NCBI GenBank assembly: GCA_026645935.1
Contig: JAPKMP010000004.1
Span: 44,047-108,046, forward strand
Length of the DNA stretch: 64,000 nt
Reading direction: 5' to 3'
Origin: Candidatus Villigracilaceae bacterium
GTDB lineage: Bacteria; Chloroflexota; Anaerolineae; Anaerolineales; Villigracilaceae
The notes under the pieces were generated by a model, which was not told the DNA's origin, did not search any database, and worked only from the letters and a program-made list of their open reading frames with translations. This document shows positions 60,870-64,000 of the stretch, piece after piece (positions within the stretch are counted from its first letter, which is position 1; each line of letters starts with the position of its first letter). The translations under genes and the position numbers were made by a program.

Positions 60870-62417
60870 ATGAGTTATGTCAAGAAGGCGCTGGAGCGGC
60901 TCGGTCGTTTGAAGGTCGACCAGGTATTGGGCACTTTGATTGTTCTTTTGGGAGCCGCTCTGCGTCTGAGGCAATACTTTGTCAACCGCTCCTTGTGGGT
61001 GGATGAAGCCAGCCTTGCCCTGAACATCGTAGAACGTACATTTTCTTCATTATTGCTTCCATTGGATTACGATCAGGGGGCGCCGATAGGTTTTTTGTTC
61101 ATTGAGAAATTGCTCGTTTCGGTTTTCGGAAATGAAGACTACATTCTCCGCCTCTTTCCTCTGTTTTCAGGCATCCTGGCACTCCTATTGATCCATCGCA
61201 TTGCACTCAATGTCATGGGGAGTTTTGGGTTGTTTTCTGCATTGCTGTTCTCAGCCTCGCATACCATGATTTATTATTCTTCCGAGCTGAAACAATATTC
61301 CAGCGACGTCATGATTGGATTGCTCCTTGTGTATCTTGCATCCTTGTGTATGGCGGAAGGGGCGCACCTGCGGAACATCATTTTATTAGGTTTTGCGGGC
61401 TTTATATCCATTCTTGTCTCGCATCCGTCCATTTTCTTCCTTCCGGCGATCGGCTTTCTGCTGGTCATCCAAAAATGGATGGAAAGGGATTTTCGTCAGG
61501 TGCGCTGGCTGATCGGTGCAGGTATTTCATGGATATTGGTATTCTTATCTACCTATCTGATATCTTTACAGTATCTGACTGGCAATGAATATCTTCAGGA
61601 ATATTGGGGCGCTCATTACGCCCCCCTGCCCCCATGGGAACACTTGGATTGGTACCGAAGAGTTGCCCTGTATCTGGTTCCCCCTGTCATCCCTTCTTAT
61701 TTTCCGCTATTCAACCTGAATCTTGATCAGGAAATACTGATTTCAAGTTGTCTCATACTGTTCCTTATCGGAATTTTGCCGCTTAGCAAACGGAATATTA
61801 AATTGGCCGCACTGATGTTGTTTCCAATATTACTGACGTTCGTCGCGTCTGTGCTAAACCGTTATCCGATGGGCGACAGGTTTTTACTCTTTTGGTTTCC
61901 GTTCTTTCTGTTATTTTTTGGGGAGGGTTTGCGCCGTATATACATGATGACAGCCCGATACAGCCCAAAATCGGGCGCATTGATCTACGGCGTGTTGTCC
62001 ATCACGATGTTGTGGACACCGCTTTCAGCCGCCTATGAGAATGCTATTAATCCACCGATGGGTGAGGACATAAAACCCGTTTTAGCATACATTCATGAAC
62101 ACAAGGAGGAGAAAGATGTTATTTATGTTCACAACGGCAGTGTTACGCCATTTTATTTTTATGCTCCGTCCTTTGGATTCGACGATGAATATATTTTTGT
62201 CGCGGAAAAGTCGCGGAACATCAAGCGTTTTACTATTGATGTGATCGAATTACAAGGAATCGATAGGGTTTGGTTCGTTTTTTCGCATGTCGTAAGCTGC
62301 GATTGCGATGGCGACAGGGTGCAGGCTCATCTACGTATCATAGACGAATATGGTGTTCCGATAGACAGCTTCGAAGCTGTCAAAGCCGCCGCATATCTAT
62401 ATGATATGACTCCATGA
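60870..62417 (+). CDS. GT-C-fold membrane glycosyltransferase (GT39/ArnT-like)
   Basis: 515 aa with about 11 TM helices. The N-terminal LRLRQYFVNRSLWVDEASLA is typical of PMT_2-type proteins. The C-terminal domain is soluble. Confidence 0.5.
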   Translation: MSYVKKALERLGRLKVDQVLGTLIVLLGAALRLRQYFVNRSLWVDEASLALNIVERTFSSLLLPLDYDQGAPIGFLFIEKLLVSVFGNEDYILRLFPLFSGILALLLIHRIALNVMGSFGLFSALLFSASHTMIYYSSELKQYSSDVMIGLLLVYLASLCMAEGAHLRNIILLGFAGFISILVSHPSIFFLPAIGFLLVIQKWMERDFRQVRWLIGAGISWILVFLSTYLISLQYLTGNEYLQEYWGAHYAPLPPWEHLDWYRRVALYLVPPVIPSYFPLFNLNLDQEILISSCLILFLIGILPLSKRNIKLAALMLFPILLTFVASVLNRYPMGDRFLLFWFPFFLLFFGEGLRRIYMMTARYSPKSGALIYGVLSITMLWTPLSAAYENAINPPMGEDIKPVLAYIHEHKEEKDVIYVHNGSVTPFYFYAPSFGFDDEYIFVAEKSRNIKRFTIDVIELQGIDRVWFVFSHVVSCDCDGDRVQAHLRIIDEYGVPIDSFEAVKAAAYLYDMTP

Positions 62418-62504
62418 CTAAAAGGGGGCTGTGATATGCTTAAATGAAAACACCTTCTTTGCCAGTAAATAAGATACAACTATCAAATAACAAAGGAGAT
62501 ACTT

Positions 62505-62831
62505 ATGGCTCTTACAATCGAAACCCTCATGTCCAAAATGCCTGGCGCGTTCATTCCTGAGAAGGCGGCGGGGCTGGATGCCGTGATCCAGTTCAAGTTC
62601 ACCGGCGCCGAGGCGGGAGAATGGCATGCGACAATCAAGGATGGCAAGTGCGAAGTTGCAAAGGGGATGCACGCCTCCCCAAAGATGACCCTGACCGCCG
62701 ATTCCGCCGATTACATCAAGATCTTCACCGGCGAGATCGATGGGATGAAAGCGTTCATGGAAGGCAAGCTCAAATTGGCAGGCGACCTGAACCTGGCAAT
62801 GAAATTGACGCAGATGTTCAAGATCAGGTAA
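62505..62831 (+). CDS. SCP2 sterol/lipid-carrier domain protein
   Basis: 108 aa with DAVIQFKFTG...WHATIKDGKCEV...MTLTADSADYIKIFTGEIDGMKAFMEGKLKLAGDLNLAMKL. Confidence 0.8.
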   Translation: MALTIETLMSKMPGAFIPEKAAGLDAVIQFKFTGAEAGEWHATIKDGKCEVAKGMHASPKMTLTADSADYIKIFTGEIDGMKAFMEGKLKLAGDLNLAMKLTQMFKIR

Positions 62832-62848
62832 GAAGCGTGTAAAATTCA

Positions 62849-62873
62849 ACCCGTCATCGTCGGGATGACGGGT
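62849..62873 (+). terminator. intrinsic terminator after the SCP2 gene
   Basis: acccgtcatc-gtcgg-gatgacgggt is a 10-bp stem followed by TTATTGTTTT. Confidence 0.7.
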
Positions 62874-62897
62874 TTATTGTTTTAAGAGGAGATAATT

Positions 62898-63674
62898 ATG
62901 GATTTACCGGCTTTTCAGAATTGGTTTTCTACAGCGCTTGCAGTAATATGTTTCATAGGAGTGCCGGCACTGGGTTTTTTGGGGTGGATCGTCTCCGGGA
63001 TGCTGGACAACAAACGGCAGGAAAAGAAACGGGCGGAGATTGAAGCGCTCCGGCAGCGCGGAGTTATGGCGCCCGCCATTGTCATATCCGCCCGCGACGG
63101 GATGGAACGAAATATTCACGGCAGAAAAGAACGGCAGATCAAATATGAAGTGGATGTGCTGCCGGAGGGTCGCGCTTCATTCCGTCAAGCCTTTGACCAT
63201 TGGACGGAAAAGAGGGGTTTCACCGCCGTTATGGGTCAATTGGTCGGGGAGGCAGGGCGAAGGATATGGGTGACTTACGATCCGAATGACCCGGGTCAGA
63301 TGTTGTTCGAGCATTATGACGAGGAGCATGGGAAGATCGTTGGCGAGCAGGAATTGGATGCGCGCCGCATGGAATTTAATAAATTAACAGAATGCAACGA
63401 TGACCTGAAACGTCGCGGCGAACAGGCTGAGGCGGTCATTGTCAAGGTGGATGATTTGAACCTTCCCTATCCGCGGAAAAAATCACGGGCGGTGCATATT
63501 CATTTTGACATCATGCGGAGAAATGGACCTGCTTTCCGCGCGGAAGGCGATGTATTGATCGCGGACTCTGCGCTGGAAAAATATTCCGCCGGAAAAACCG
63601 TCTACGTCCGCTTTGACCCGCAGAACCCCAAATGGGCGATATTGGATTCAGAGCGGAACAGGTCTTTGAAATAA
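62898..63674 (+). CDS. membrane-anchored hypothetical protein (DUF3592-like repeats)
   Basis: 258 aa with one N-terminal TM helix, then two beta-rich modules. Confidence 0.45.
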   Translation: MDLPAFQNWFSTALAVICFIGVPALGFLGWIVSGMLDNKRQEKKRAEIEALRQRGVMAPAIVISARDGMERNIHGRKERQIKYEVDVLPEGRASFRQAFDHWTEKRGFTAVMGQLVGEAGRRIWVTYDPNDPGQMLFEHYDEEHGKIVGEQELDARRMEFNKLTECNDDLKRRGEQAEAVIVKVDDLNLPYPRKKSRAVHIHFDIMRRNGPAFRAEGDVLIADSALEKYSAGKTVYVRFDPQNPKWAILDSERNRSLK

Positions 63675-63690
63675 GCTCACAGGAGAATAG

Positions 63691-64000
63691 ATGATAACCA
63701 TTCTCAGGACAAATTCTGATAACCCGGATTTTGTCGGACTCGTCCGGCATCTCGATGCGGAACTTGCCGAACGAGACGGGGAGCAGCATTCCTTCTATGC
63801 CCAATTCAACAAGATCGCGATGATCAGGCATGTGGTCGTTGCCTATCAGGACGGTCAACCTGTGACTTGCGGGGCGATCAAGGAATACGAGCCGGGAACG
63901 ATGGAGGTGAAGCGAATGTTCACTTTCCCTGCAAACCGGGGAATGGGAATCGCTGCAAGGGTACTTGCCGAATTGGAAGCATGGGCGGCGGAAATGGATT
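63691..64000 (+). CDS. GNAT-family N-acetyltransferase (3' end off the right edge)
   Basis: ATG 63691 has AGGAG upstream. The sequence is MITILRTNSDNPDFVGLVRHLDAELAERDG...VKRMFTFPANRGMGIAARVL (acetyl-CoA loop). Confidence 0.75.
   Translation, partial: MITILRTNSDNPDFVGLVRHLDAELAERDGEQHSFYAQFNKIAMIRHVVVAYQDGQPVTCGAIKEYEPGTMEVKRMFTFPANRGMGIAARVLAELEAWAAEMD

Noticed and set aside
1-64000. tRNA, rRNA, tmRNA, RNase P, SRP RNA or known riboswitch motifs in the intergenic regions.
   Set aside because: I recognised none by eye in any intergenic stretch longer than 80 nt. This is a weak negative and should be confirmed with tRNAscan and covariance-model scans.

Overview
This is a 64-kb chromosomal window with about 57 protein-coding genes. 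I saw no rRNA, tRNA or CRISPR array by eye. Gene content suggests a monoderm-type environmental bacterium, possibly Chloroflexota/Anaerolineae-like, but this lineage call is low-confidence inference. The evidence is yqhY(asp23)-nusB synteny, YtxH/DUF948, DUF1461 and GC-rich palindromic elements. Housekeeping genes are alaS, mnmA, nusB, tatA/tatC and fabG. There is also a TetR-led beta-oxidation operon, a peptide-type ABC importer operon and a cell-envelope cluster. Five things stand out. (1) A tight five-gene operon (27.0-31.6 kb) joins the core of the chemically unsolved ebo cluster with an intact LuxS and a UbiG-type methyltransferase. That core is a TIM barrel, a DHQS-like cyclase and a UbiA prenyltransferase. 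(2) An all-minus-strand accessory stretch (8.1-20.1 kb) carries a CHAT caspase-like protease fused to a polytopic membrane domain, with a lipoprotein and a small membrane protein. It also carries a cyclase-GT1-DsrE operon and a single-chain Type IIG restriction-modification enzyme. (3) The DsrE-like gene reads through an in-frame TGA at the conserved CxxC cysteine, followed by an fdhF-like hairpin. It is a candidate selenoprotein. (4) The Type IIG gene is compositionally chimeric, with an AT-rich specificity half that begins exactly at NPPY. Two orphan copies of its own 3' tail lie downstream. (5) A GC-rich palindromic element is inserted in-frame in both alaS and a GH13 glucosidase gene. An Ala-rich mini-ORF plus terminator lies upstream of alaS. 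All functional calls come from motif recognition by eye, and no searches were run.
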